Notes: generated by a model from the letters alone, not told the origin. A DNA stretch of 64,000 bases from Camelus dromedarius (GCF_036321535.1 NC_087437.1:85934001-85998000); one strand, 5' to 3'; positions 37,790 through 50,504 are shown, counted from the first letter of the stretch. Numbers and translations: made by a program.

Positions 37790-38330
37790 CAAGACTTGCT
37801 CCTTCCTGAATACTTCCCTCACATAACAGCAGAGTAATATTTTTGCCCTCTGATCATGTCATTCTGCAGCTCGAAACTCTTTTAGGATTTGCTGTTATCT
37901 TGTGGAAAGTCCAGACACTTCAACACAACATTAAAAAGGCACTTAAAATCTTAACCCTAATTACTCTCCAAATCCACTGGTACCACTGGTACTCTGTGCT
38001 AATCACTTCAAGATTATTGCCATTCCTTAAATTTATCCTTTTTATCCTTCTCCCTTTGGCCAGACCCCCTCCACCTTACTCCATACCAATCTTCAAAAGA
38101 TCCCAACTTACAATTTACTTGGTCTGAAAAAGCCCCCCAGCTCATGAAAGGCTGAGTAAGAAGCCCTCCTATGTGACTAAAATGCACCCTTCCCTTATCT
38201 AAGTGTTTATCACCATGTACTGTTGTTATATAGAAGTTTCCATAGGGCAAAGTCACGTCTGTCTTATTTATTGTGTGATAATCAACACTTAACAGTGCTT
38301 GGATCAATACATTTTGTTGAACTGAATTGG
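37790..38330 (+). mobile_element. LINE-2 3' region
   Basis: tctgatcatgtcattc...aaagtccagacactt...aagtttccatagggcaaag..tgtcttatttattg...tcaatacattttgttgaactgaa. Confidence 0.7.
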
Positions 38331-38409
38331 GCAAATGTAAGCCAAGACAGATAAACTCTGATTCTGGAATTTTACAGTAGACTTGTAGAGTAGAAAAAAA
38401 ATTTAAACA

Positions 38410-38614
38410 AGACAATCTCTACAAATAGTGAACAGTTTATCTTTTGTGGACCATATCGTATCTGTTAAAACCACTGCACTCTACTGTCACAGCTGATGTA
38501 CAGTCGGAGATAATACATAAACTAATGGTACCAGCTGTGTTCTAATAAAACTTTATTTACAAAAACATGCAGTGGACTGGACCTGGCACACAGGTCATAG
38601 TTTGCCAGCCTCTG
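38410..38614 (+). mobile_element. MER58A hAT MITE
   Basis: gctgtgttctaataaaactttatttacaaaaaca...catagtttgccagcctctg is characteristic of MER58A. Confidence 0.8.
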
Positions 38615-39402
38615 AACTGAAAAATTCTATAGTCTGTCCCCAGCTAACTGATTTTATTTATATTGCTTTACTTCCCATTTTGTTACTGATAAGACATATG
38701 CTTGTTTCACTTAAAAGAATTAATTTGCCAAAAATAAGGCCTACTAAAATTTGGCAGAGAACTTTTAGAATGTGATTCAGAACCATTATAAACAATGTTC
38801 TGCTTATAAATGTATTCATGATTTATGAACAAATGCTAAATTGTCACAAGTTTTTATAGCATCTTTCATTCAAAGCAACTGCACACTCTTTACACTTACC
38901 CTAATTATTTATATGAAAAGAATACCAAAAGGAATATCTATGTTCTCACCTTTATTTATGTATTCCAAATGACAAGAGTAAAACGCAGCTGTTCTTGGGG
39001 TGGAGATGGCAATGAAAGCTCAAGCAGAACTGAAACAGCCCATTACCTGCAAAATCATGTCCATACAGGCGTCTCAGAAGACTGATTTAGGCAACACCAA
39101 TGGACTGTGAACTACATTGTTGTATTACAGCCCAGGCTCATAAAGTTTTATAATGCAGATGAAGAAAAACACAAAATAATGCTGCAGATGGGATATTCAG
39201 AAATTCCACTTGCCTACAGGTTTATACTGTCTTATAAGTCAGGAATTTGAGACTACTTTCTGGGACTAAAATTTAAATGGCTGCTAAAGATTTGCTCAGG
39301 TTTCATAGAGGTTAACCCTTAGGAACCATGATGTGGAATAACAACTTTGAGCACTTATTTTGATAATAACTAGTTGTTCTCAACTTTTGAAAACTGTACA
39401 GA

Positions 39403-39493
39403 GGGAAGGGAATAGCTCAGTGGTAGAGCATGTGTTTAGCATTAATGAGGTTCTGGGTACAATCCCCAGTACCTTCATTAAAAAAATAAAAAA
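39403..39493 (+). mobile_element. tRNA-derived camelid SINE (vic-1-like)
   Basis: Pol III A box TAGCTCAGTGG (39413-39423), B-box-like GGTACAATCC (39456-39465), ccccagtacc(t)tcatt end and an A tail. Too degenerate to be a tRNA gene. Confidence 0.85.
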
Positions 39494-40067
39494 GATGGCC
39501 AGTAGGCACATGAAAAGATGTTACGTGTCATTAATTATCAGAGAAACGCAAATTAGAACTACAATGAGGTATCACCTCACAATAGTCAGAATGGTCATCA
39601 TTAAAAAGTCTACAAATAATAAATGCTGAAGAGGGTTTGGAGAAAAGGGAACCCTCCTACACTGTTGGTGGGAATGTAAATTTGTGCAGCCACTATGAAG
39701 AACAGTATGGAGGTTCCTTAAAAAAACTGAAAATAGACTTATCCTATGATCCAGCATTCCCACTCTTGGGCATATATAGGGAGAAAACTCTCATATATAG
39801 GGTGACTATGAAACAGACATGCACTCCAAGGTTCACAGCAGCACTATTTACAATAGCCAAGACATGGAAGCAACCTAAATGTCCATCAATAGATGAATAG
39901 ATATATATGCACACACACACGCACACACACACACATATATACATACACAATGAACTACTAACTCAGTCATAAAAAAAGAATAAAAGAATGCCATTCGCAG
40001 CAACGTGGATGGATGTAGAGATTATCATACTAAGTGAAGTAAGTCAGATAGTGAAAGACAAATATCA
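39494..40067 (+). mobile_element. LINE-1 ORF2 3' fragment lacking the 3' UTR, with an internal (CA)n
   Basis: Translates to [22 protein letters not shown] and [17 protein letters not shown]. Stops at gacaaatatca, just before the ORF2 stop. (CA)n at ~39900-39948. Confidence 0.9.
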
Positions 40068-40514
40068 CTAGCCCATTTATAACTCACCTTCATAATTCCT
40101 AAGCTCTTTACTTTGAGTCATCTCTGAGTTTCATTATCAAGCATGTCAGGTATGTTCTTTTAATTAATTGGAATATAGATCTGCCTTGAAATTTACTATC
40201 CTGGTGATGCAAAACAATGGGAGAAAGGGAAACCTAGAGTCAATTTATTGAACTATGACAAGTGCCTGAAGGGAGCAAACAGCACATATTTATTTAAATA
40301 AACAGAAAGTTTATTTAGATAACAGAAAGTTCCCTTCCTCTCTACCCATGCAACTGCTACGAATGTAGTAGGGGAGATGGACAAAGGGTTGGAGAAGGTT
40401 TACAAGTGATGTAACTTAATGGGTAATAGAGAAGGTCAAAATATTTTAAGAGGGGAAGAAAAGAAAAATGACACAATACAATGAAGAAAAGTGAGAATGC
40501 CATTGCATTACTTA

Positions 40515-41665
40515 AGAGCAGTACTGGATGCTAAAACGCAGTGAGGCCAAGCATCCAAAATTGCAAGGAAAAATGACTTTCAATCCAGAATGTTCCATCT
40601 AGCCAAACCACCAATCAAGCATACTGAGAAAATTAAAATATTGTCACATAAGCAAGGAGTCTTTAGCCATGGCCAAATGTCCCAGTAACAAATAAAACAA
40701 AAAAGCATTAAGCAGACCCTTGAACACTAACATAGGCCCTCTTCCCAATCTAATGGAATTAAAAAGTAGCAAACATCCAGTTTGTAGTGTTTATGATCTT
40801 GAGGTTTGTCCACTTTTTGCAGGCTGCATTCACCACAGAACTTTCAGCACAATTTGGGCCATAAACGTTTTTCTTTTATACCTCATCTCATGTATTTTTG
40901 CAATATTGTTTCCTGGTTTGGTATCAACCAAAGTTAAAGTAATTTGAGTCAAATGCAAGTAATCTTTCTCTCCAATCCTGAAATTAGATGAGCCCTATGA
41001 CGTGGCCTAATTCAAAAGGTTCCCAATATTTACCTTCATTTTTAGAAATCTAGAGAATGTGTTCCAACCAAATAAAGGATAAACCAAGAAATGGGGTGGG
41101 GGGTTGAAAGAGAGAGGAGAGTAGTCCTTCCAGATCAGGGAAGAGGGGTGGAGGTCTGGAAATGGAGGTTTTCAAGAAAATGTACAAAGACATTATTTAA
41201 TAAGTTGGAGTGCCTGGAAATATTATCATAGGCATTTATTAGATTATGCTGGAAAATCTGGGGGGAGGGGGGTTGATCATGGGTATACATAGAACCGAGA
41301 AAATGGAAAAATGAGGCAATTATCAACCAAACCAAAAGCAAATAGCTGATGGGACAGGCAGCAGGGATAAGCTTGAGCACTGTAAAAATGATAACCCTTT
41401 AACTTCATAAGTAGTAAATAGATATTGCCTAAAACTGGTATTTTCTAGAACCACATACACATATGAAAGAGGTATTTAAGTTTAAATTTAAAAACTTATT
41501 GATGAAGAGTTGGAAAATGTTACCTCTGGGGACTGAATATGCAGAACTGGGAGAGGCAATAGGGCAGAGGGTGCTGGTTTTCTATATGAACACTTTAGAA
41601 CAACACAATAGTTTATCAACGTTCACAATACAACTTTGATTTTTTAAGAATCTTAAATTTAAAAT
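40515..41665 (+). mobile_element. HAL1/old L1-related element, 3' part (interrupted at ~40665-41030)
   Basis: gaaaaatgactttcaatccagaat...ctagccaaaccaccaatcaag resembles an ORF1 C-terminus, and gttacctctgggga...gggcagagggtgctggttttc...actttgat resembles the HAL1 3' end. Confidence 0.55.
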
Positions 41666-41721
41666 GATATATTTAAGATGATGTTCGTGAAAGTGTTTCT
41701 TCTTAAATCACAGAGCACTTT

Positions 41722-42105
41722 ATCTCAGCTTAAGTCCTCTAGAAAACAGAGCCTACAGCAAAATTAAGGGAGAAATGCTTTATTTGGGGACATGTAAGCA
41801 AGCACAGGAGTGAGGGTGAGAAAAAAAAAAAAAAGGAGTTGAGGCAACAAAAGATGTGAACTAATGTGATGTAATACAGCACCGTACTGACCACCATTTC
41901 ACCATGAGCCACAAAGAGACAAAAAACGTGGAACATCTTCCAAAAGGGCACAAGGAGGCACTTCCTAGTATAACCTTTTACTGGCTCCCCCTCCTTCTTA
42001 TTTCACTCCCTGTGTCTCATTCCTGCTTCCCAATATCACACTTTCAAAAAGACTACTTGTACATAAGCTGATGCTTCATGCTCTGCTTTTTCAGTACTAA
42101 GAAAC
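41722..42105. mobile_element. ERVL LTR fragments (LTR33/LTR16-like), opposite orientations
   Basis: agaaaacagagcct...ctttatttgggga (antisense 3' end) and ttcctgcttccc..atcacac...actacttgtacataag...ctctgcttt (sense 3' end). Confidence 0.45.
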
Positions 42106-42946
42106 GCACCAAAATACAGAACGGAAAAAATAAAAATAAAAAACAGATCATCAAATAAATAAGCTAGAGTTCAAACCAGAGGTTGTAGAAGTGGTCCAGC
42201 AAAGTGGGGGGATTATTGTTGCCCAGGCTTTGCTGAGAGACAGGTTCCTCTGAACTTCCTGAATTCCTACAAATTCTAGGCCTTTGAACAAAGTGCATGA
42301 TTAAATATGGAAGTGAGAGATGGTGTAGTTCTCCAGAGAGATTTAGAGATGTTGGAGGATAGTAAAGATAAAGGCCTTTTCTTTCCTTCCAAGAGTTATT
42401 TGCTTATATTCCAGGGCAACAAATCTTGTAATGCCTTCTTTTGCTACCCTAGAAGAGATTTTCTTACATTCTGGGTTAATGAGCATTCTCTCTCAAGAAA
42501 GAAAGATGACAATGTCACCAACAGCCCCGACAAAGCTCAGTCTCCTTGGTTTGAGATTTCTTCTCCTACGGTGCAACCCAGTGCAAATGCAGGTGAATAC
42601 TGGGCTCATCATCTCACCCTGCGGTAATGGGAACACAAGATGTGACGCAAGTTACTGCTCTGGCTGCTGCTTTACATTGGAAGCAAAAAAAAAAAGATTT
42701 CTCTGACCCCAAGAACTTCATCAGACCCTTAACAGTCGCTGAACTAATAGTTCATTGTCACCCCTCTTCTCTTAAAAGCTCCTCACTTCTCCTATTTAAC
42801 AGGAATATATTAAATCCAAAAAGCTTTTCTTCACATAGAAAACTCACTTAACTGAAGGTGAACCCCAGGTATAACTACTGCTGACAGCTGTTCTTTTATT
42901 CACAAGAAGTAGACTTTTCCAACACATCAATATCAGTTTTGTCACT

Positions 42947-43170
42947 GGAGTGATATCATGGAAAGAGCGTGGTCTTTTAAGTTAGGTATTTGTATATTTG
43001 AAATTTTTCCAGCATGAAATAGCAATGTAACCTTAAACAGTTTACTTAACTTCTCTGAGCCCCATTGTCCTAACAGGTGAAATGTATCACAGAATTATGG
43101 AAAGGATTAAAAAATATTGTGTATGTAGAGCAACTAGCAGAACTCCAAGCAGTCAGTACTTTAAAAATGT
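42947..43170 (+). mobile_element. MIR SINE
   Basis: tggaaagagcgtggtcttt...tgtaaccttaaacagtttacttaacttctctgagcc...aggattaaa. Confidence 0.75.
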
Positions 43171-43807
43171 GAATTCCCTTCCTTTCAAGGATTACCACCA
43201 GGTGTTTAAATCCAAACTGTATATTCCATAAATTCTTCTGTTTTAAATAAATTATCCACAAAAAAAAAGGGTTCAAAGGAATTTATTTGATACTGATGAA
43301 AGATAATCTCTCAGAGTTATCATTTCTAATCATTTGAACAATACAGATTCTGGCCTGGTTTAGGGTTTTGTTTTTTTCTTTTTGATTTTGATTTTGGTTT
43401 TGGTTTTCTTTTACAGGCAGGGTAACCAAAATTTATAGGAAGCTAAATTCTTTGGTAAAGAAAAAGACACATTAATATGAATAATACCTTTTCTGCAGTT
43501 ATTCATTTATTTTAAAATATAAAATATTATTTTAAAAACTCTTGGTGATAATGTAATCAGAATTAGTGTCCACAGAAACAACTTTTTATGTACCATAAAT
43601 TCAAATGTCTCCTGCTTTTTGGTACTACACCTGCTCCCATGAGAGGGATACTCAGCATTTATTTATGCCCACCTCCAGCATAAAGGGACTTAAATTCTTC
43701 TAAATAAGTGCAGCAAGAAACTGGTTAGAATTCAACAGTCACGACTGTGAAGTAGCAAAAAGAACTTAACCAGACACAGCACATGCTCATTGTGTTATAA
43801 TTAACAT

Positions 43808-44060
43808 TGTGGTTTAGGCACCCCTCGCCATGGGTTTTTCTGTGTACACCGTGGGTAAGGACATGTGCAAAGGGGCCAAACATGACTCAGCACTCCAGGG
43901 ACAAGAGCCATCAATCAATCAAGAGACCGTCTCTAAGTGAGGGTGTAAGAGAAAAGAGAAACAAAACCACCGCTTTTCTTACCTTGGATCAGCCCGTCTC
44001 TCATTCTTGGGGGTGTACTTGTCCTTTTCTAAATAAATCTTTAAAAATCTTTTACTCAAC
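43808..44060 (+). mobile_element. Short, CpG-retaining LTR-like element
   Basis: GC-richer block with 5 CpGs, starting TG and ending near CA. Contains ctctcattcttgggggtgtacttgtccttttctaaataaatct, which is ERV1 R/polyA-like. Family unassigned. Confidence 0.55.
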
Positions 44061-47000
44061 ACATATATGTTAAAAACAGAAGATGCTTTCAAAATATATT
44101 ATGTGTATATTAATACTATATTATCATTTATAGATTTTTCAACTTATTGAATTCTTGAATTTATATACTTTAAATGAGAAGAGTATATTAAACATTAATT
44201 TATACTAGCCTTATCATCTTCAGTATATATTATTTTTAATTACTGTGAAATGTTATTTTCACTGAGAATGTGTAAAGATATTTTTTTTCATTTTGCCATA
44301 GGAAAGGTAGTGTGAGCAAAACTTTTCAAAGATAATAAAGCAATCAGTATTATAACAAATTAAGCTTTTGAAAATATCTAATTTTTGAATTGAAACTTTG
44401 TATCAAGGAAGTTTCTTTAAAGAAATTATTCATGATTTGTATTCTATTATTTTTACAATAATTTAGAGACCTATTATTATTGTTTTTAATTAATGTAATA
44501 CTTAGCCTTTTTTGATTAAAACTACAATTACCTAATATTAACTCAGTAAAGTTCCCAGCATTGACTTGACATCATCACAGATTGGAAGAAAAAAATGACT
44601 TCTTGATTTATTCCCAGAAAACAGTAAGACTTTCTCATCAATTTAAACCTACCAATGATGTAATTCTGTATACAATTTTTTCACTTAAGTTTATTATCTG
44701 GAGGGAAAGTGATAATGTTTATGGGCTACATTGACTACGGAAACATATTTTTCATTAGAAATCAATTGTCTCCTCTGTTAGTACATGTGGTTATAAATCA
44801 GCAAAACAAGTATTAGCAAATTAGAAGCTACTCAGTAAAGTATGATTTGTGCCTCAGAATTACACCTTTTTTCTAATTGTTCTTTCATGGGGAAGCAAAT
44901 TTCCAGGATAGCTCCAGAAAATGTGTTTGCCACTTTATAGATCTTTAGGGGAAATTATAAAGCACCTTTATGTGACTTTCTGGTTGGAATGGTTCATTAT
45001 AACCAGAGAGAATGACAGACTTTTCTTCAATCTAATGATGTTACATTTTATGAGATTTCAAGTCAATGGAATTATCTTTGATGCCAGATGTTACTTATGA
45101 AGCAATGGGTGATCTATCTTACACAGATTAGTCATCTATGAAAGTATGATGTCTTTCCAATGATGTTCTCTATAATAAGAAGTAAGACACTGAGAAATAA
45201 ATGCAATCCATTATAAATAGCCATCCTGGATCAGAAACTACTTCCATCGAAAGTAGAAACACATGAAAGAAAGGGGGGGATGAGCATTGGCAGGAATCTA
45301 ACTGGTGTACTATAACTATTTCTGATCCTTAACCCAAAGCAGGTGTACCACACCTTCCCTGACAGATGAATTCCTAAACGAGTGTAAATTAAGTAAAACC
45401 TTCAATCCTACGATGTTACTCCCACAAAATTAAGTGATTCATATATCAGAACTCTTTTTGCCTTCTTTAAACTATCAAATTCTCTCACACTCATTGATTC
45501 AAACTTAAACATTTTCCAAGGCAAAACATGAAAAAGGACCCCCCACAAAAAGATAGCAGAAACACATGCAATCCCCAGTTTATAAGGGATCAGGACTGAA
45601 GTCTATTTATACATCAGTGATTTGGAATGCATTAATATGTTGATTCTGCATATATAATGATCACATTTCCAAACTGGCTCATGAAATCCTAATTTCCAAG
45701 TAAAGGATTTTTGCTAATTAGTGCCTTTTGCATTTTTTAAAAGGAGTTGTAGAGAGTAACTACTTTATATTCTATATTTCTAGAATATATTTGTTTTATG
45801 ACTTTTAGAATATTTTTCCCATACTGACTTATATTTGTGTACATATCTGTGTATGTTATTTGTGTATATGTCATCTCTCTTCCACAATGAAATATCCTAA
45901 AATGTTTTAGGTCAGGTAAAGCTGAAAATCATTTTTTGAACAAGAAAACCTCCTAAATTAGTTTTACATAAGATGAACATAAAATCACTTTACAGAAGAT
46001 CTTTTTAACTCTTAAATACCTTATTAGCCTCTATATTAAACAATTAATAATACAAGTAACTATTTCCCTAGGGAAGTGTAGCACAAAACCCCGTGTGGCC
46101 TGACAAAACCTGCCTCTTGCAAACATTTTGATTCAGATTCGGTTCCTGAGGAAAATTTATTTGGGGGTCAAGGAGACTTTGAGAAAGGGAATCACATCTT
46201 AATTTCCAATTTAATATTAGCTCTGATGGATGGAGATGGTCTCAAGAGAGGACTGCTAATGGGGAAAAGAAACACAGGCTCCAAAAGGAACCACAATAGA
46301 AGAAAGGAGAAGTTAGGACCAGGGAATCAGGCTCGTCACCTAAGGCTACAAAGTTGATTTTAAAAGGTCAATTCTATTGCCTCTCATAAGATGGTCAATG
46401 AAAACAATGCCTTAGTGAAAGGGTTTAAGTTAAAAATGCCATAATCTTCAAAACCCAACAGGGTGCAACTATTGGGACCAGTGCAGTGATCTGAGCCACC
46501 AGGTTTTTCATCCCAGAGTGGACAAGGTTGTGTTCATCTAGTATGTTTAAGTTTTCAACCATGTTAGAAGCAAAGGGCCACCTGACATTTGAAAACAGTA
46601 CTGACTACTTTTGACTGAATAAGTAAGTACCTTATTTTTTTGGACAATTTGAAAGAGAAAAGGCGATCTTGATCTTCAAAGGCAACAACAGATTCCTTCT
46701 TCTACTAGGGTCAAAAGTATGCACCAAATAATTGAGTAGGAGGAAAAGAGAGAGATGTAACAAAATTCTGATTCCATACCTTAAACGATATTTTATTTAA
46801 TAAATCTTTGCTCTTATAATTCTACCATAAACTTTTTTTATTGAATATATCTGTAAAAAAAAAAACTTTAAGAAGGAGAGATAAACAAGGATTCTGACTT
46901 GTGGAGACTTAGATTGGGAATATTAGGGAATTTTAAAGAGGCTTTATTTGATGGTGAGTTTCATTTTGATGTCTCTTTGCATACTAAGACTTATAGGATT

Positions 47001-47915
47001 TTTTTTTCTCCATTGCTATATTTTTAATACTATCACTACATTAACTTTTAACAATTAGAACTTGCATATGAAACAGCTACTAGAGATGATTTTCCTGAAA
47101 TAGAAAACTAGAAGTCAGAGAAAGGAAGATGAAAATGAAAGTCTATGTGCACATGTAAAAAAGAGATATTTGGGAAATTTTCACAAAGCTTTTACAAGTA
47201 AAAGAGGAATCTGACAATATAAAAGGCAGCCAAACAAATTCCTCAGCAATGAATGATTATTAGCTTTTCTACACATGACCAGGACATTGAGTATCTTTAT
47301 ACCAACCTTCCCACTGAGAACATGGAAAAGTTAAATATAATGTTTTAAAATTTGTTTGAAGACACTAGAGAGCCACCATAGCAAAAGAATTTGAGGGCCA
47401 AAATCCCAGAGGAAAAAAGAAGGATGAAAACCTGGTATTTGACCTGCTTTTCCCCAATAAGCATTTGCTGATTCCTAAGCTGTGGCCTATGTTCAAAGCT
47501 GCAGGGGAGCAGAAAGCAGAGGCTGAGAAACTAAGGAGACTGCGGTAATATCATGGGAGGGTGAATAGCACTGAAGCAGGTTCAGCAAGCACCAAGGTGG
47601 CTCACAATGTAAATGCCCCAAGATTCCTGATGGGATCTCTGAGTGGCTCTACTGTAGAGCAAATTAAAAGTAGTTCTACCTTTAGAAAAACTGAAGTAAG
47701 ATTATCTGCATCTTCTTTAATAGTTTGCCAGTAGCAACGAGTCCTCCCTAGAGGAAGATAAGATCATCCAGAGCCATAAAGAGCACCAAAACTTATTAAT
47801 TACAATGTCCATCATTTAACCGAAAATTACCTAGCATATCAGACAATAAGACCAACATACTAAAAAGCAAAAGAAAAAAGAGACAATAGAAACATGCCCA
47901 CAGAAGATCCACATA

Positions 47916-48575
47916 CAGGTTTCTCCCACCATCCAAAAGTAGAGAATTCCAGTGAAACCTTTCATAAACCAAAATGACATAAAGCAAAGAAGCAGTTACC
48001 TTAGGACACATCTTGCTAATGGATACACAAAATAAAATCAAGAGAAAGCACAGAGCATTCCAAGCGAAGTAAGCCAGAAAGAAAGAAAAATACCATATTA
48101 TATCATTCATATGTGGAATCTAAAAAAAGAAGAAGAAGACAAATGAATTTATAGATGAAACAGAAACAGACTCAGACATAGAATACAAACTTGTAGTTGC
48201 CAGCAGGGAGGAGAGTGGGAAGGGATAAACTGGGAATTCAAGATTTGCAGATACTGACACATAGATATAAAATAGATAAACAAGTTTATGCTGTATGGTA
48301 CAGGGAAATAAATTCAAGATCTTGTAGTAGCTCACGGTGAAAAAGAATATGAGGAACTGAGTGTAGTTCCCCATGCCACTCTCACTGCTAAGGATGCATG
48401 CTGTTTTTATAATGGCAAAACAAATGCTGAATACTATTTTCACTTTTTTTTTTTTTTTTTTTTGTAAAAGCAAAAGTCCCTTCAGATTTCTTTTGGTTAG
48501 AAAAAGAGGTGGTACTAATCTAGATCTTTTATAAAGGTGAAGTCATGTAAACTTCCCAAAAGTGGTAGATACCTG
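47916..48575. mobile_element. Non-autonomous Tc1/mariner Tigger-type DNA transposon (artiodactyl Tigger-like)
   Basis: Imperfect TIRs caggtttctcccac / gtggtagatacctg, flanked by TA at 47914-47915 and 48576-48577. Confidence 0.75.
48056..48352 (+). mobile_element. Young LINE-1 fragment truncated at both ends, inside the Tigger
   Basis: Collinear with ~3333-3620 (ORF2 end and 3' UTR) but stops at aaaagaatatga, with no terminal ~100 bp, poly-A or TSD. Confidence 0.9.
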
Positions 48576-49094
48576 TATTGGAATTATTAACTATGGAATT
48601 TAAAATATGTGTTATTAACATATTTAAGAAAATGCAAGCTGGAAAATAAGCAGAAATTTAGAGTCTATATTAAAGAACCAAATGAAAATTCTCAAATTAA
48701 AATTTCAATAACTGAAATTAAGAACTCAAACTGATTTAACAGCAAAGTAGATAGATGTAGCTGAAGTGAAGATTAGTCAGCTAGCAAGTAGGCCAGTAGA
48801 AAATATTTACAATGAAGTATAAAGAGAAAATGATGGAGTATACAAAAAAGATCATAGAAGAAATAGAAAATATGCTGAAAAGATCTAATGCATGTGCAAC
48901 CAGAGTCCAAAGAACTATACTAGAAAGGTTCAGTCAAATATTTTTCAAAATTTCAGAAGACATTAAGTTTCAGATTCAAGAATTACTATTAAGTTAGTTT
49001 TCTTGATACTTAAAGTATCTTGTATATACAAGGCAAAATTATTTTTTTAATTATATTTCCATAAAATAACAATCATATCAGTAATTGTTATTTT

Positions 49095-49292
49095 ATGGAC
49101 TTATACATACTAACTCATTTAATGCTCACAACAACCCTACAAGGTAGCTATACTTAGTATTCTGATTTACAGTTAGGAAATGTGGCTCAGAGAGTGTCAG
49201 TCATTTCCCCGGTCACAAACCCAGTATGCGGCAAAATCAGGATTCAAAACCTGGCATTTAGTTCTAGAGGCCAGCTCCTAGTCACTGTGCAT
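49095..49292 (-). mobile_element. MIR SINE
   Basis: ctcatttaatgctcacaacaaccct...tttacagttaggaaatgtggctcagagag...ggattcaaaacc. Confidence 0.85.
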
Positions 49293-50291
49293 ATTTTAAT
49301 GTAAATAATGAATGACACTTTTATATGAAAATATTGATCAAAGCCTTCCCCGAGGAATTTAAAATCCAAATTAGTTTTTAATTGTAATTAATTCAGCAAA
49401 TCTTTAATAGAAAACTGCCCAAAAGTTCAAATCTTTTAAAAACAGTATGACAATATGCTTTAAAAAATGATTTATGGACAAAGTTAATTGCTTTAAAAAA
49501 ATTCAACGCTATTTTACAGGTGCCAGGAAGCATACTCAATTCTTGTAACTGGTAAATAATTAAAAATTTTACAATAGTGTGATTGGTTTTCCGTGCTGTG
49601 GGAAATATTGGCTCTAACTTATGTGAAGTAAGACTTACATTCCCATTTCATAATCTGTTCTACAATGAATTTGTCTAGTTAGATAAAGCAAAGAGGTAAG
49701 AAAAATCCGTGAGAATACTAAAGTACATCAAGCCACATCATCACATGAAAATAATTATAAAATATTTATTTGTATTTATGAAATAGCTACATGACTGGAG
49801 TTTTCCCGGAGTATGTAAACATTTTCTAATACCGAGAAACTGGATCTTTGACAACTCTAGGATATGTACTTTTCCTGAAAGAGAGGGAGATAGAAAGTAT
49901 GATGGCATTAGGGTCTTTGTTGCTAGCCATCAAATCCCCAGAATGTCTGTTTTCTAACCTTCCCCAGACTTGAGTGCTCAGCTAGGCCACTGGCTCTGTT
50001 AGCCATAAAGTCCTTTCAACAAATCCCTATTGCTTAAAATAGTTCCATTTTCTCTCCTTTCACCAAGGGTAAAAAAAATACATCACAGAAGGAAGAAACT
50101 TTGAATTAGTCACCTAACACCTTTGAATCTTTTTTTATGACTAAAGTGAAGGATAAATACTAACTGCAAAAAGATAATAATAATAGTTTATTGAGTACTA
50201 ACTGTATGCCAATCAATTTACAACAATTACTTTATTTAATACATAAAACATGGAGAGACCAGAAGTAAACTGAAAGAGCTAAGGGACTCAC

Positions 50292-50383
50292 GCTCTCTGG
50301 CTGGGGAGTGAAATAGCTACTTGGAGACATCTCTACTGGACCGGCTAGGAACCAGGTCAACGTACATCCCAGCATTAAATGCG
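50292..50383 (-). other. Candidate 92-nt exon (unverified)
   Basis: Minus strand reads ctgataactgccttgttgctttag|CGCATT...GAGAGC|gtgagt, and the segment is CpG-richer than its flanks. Confidence 0.3.
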
Positions 50384-50504
50384 CTAAAGCAACAAGGCAG
50401 TTATCAGAAATTTACTTCATTAAATACAATCTCTAGTCACAAGAATATAAATTAATGATTAATTTAGTCACGATCCGAAGTACCTAAATAGCAAATTCAA
50501 CGGT

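Larger units (their letters stand above)
47270..48985 (+). mobile_element. Old L1M 5' UTR/ORF1 region, interrupted by a Tigger-type element
   Basis: caatagaaacatgcccacagaagatccacata|ttggaatt rejoins across the insertion. aaagaaccaaatgaaaattct...ataactgaaattaagaactca and gaagattagt are ORF1 coiled-coil-region motifs. Confidence 0.7.

Noticed and set aside
39403..39480. tRNA gene
   Set aside because: A and B boxes are present, but the T-arm and stems are degenerate and an A tail follows, so it is a SINE.
23536..46075. Two EBF-type palindromes TCCCNNGGGA (23536-23545 and 46065-46074)
   Set aside because: Isolated motif hits 22 kb apart; not enough to call regulatory sites.
46780..46850. Minus-strand AG...GT pair after a poly-T tract; also a 200-nt pair at 1130-1329
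   Set aside because: AT-rich bodies with stop codons and no coding character; typical pseudo-exons.
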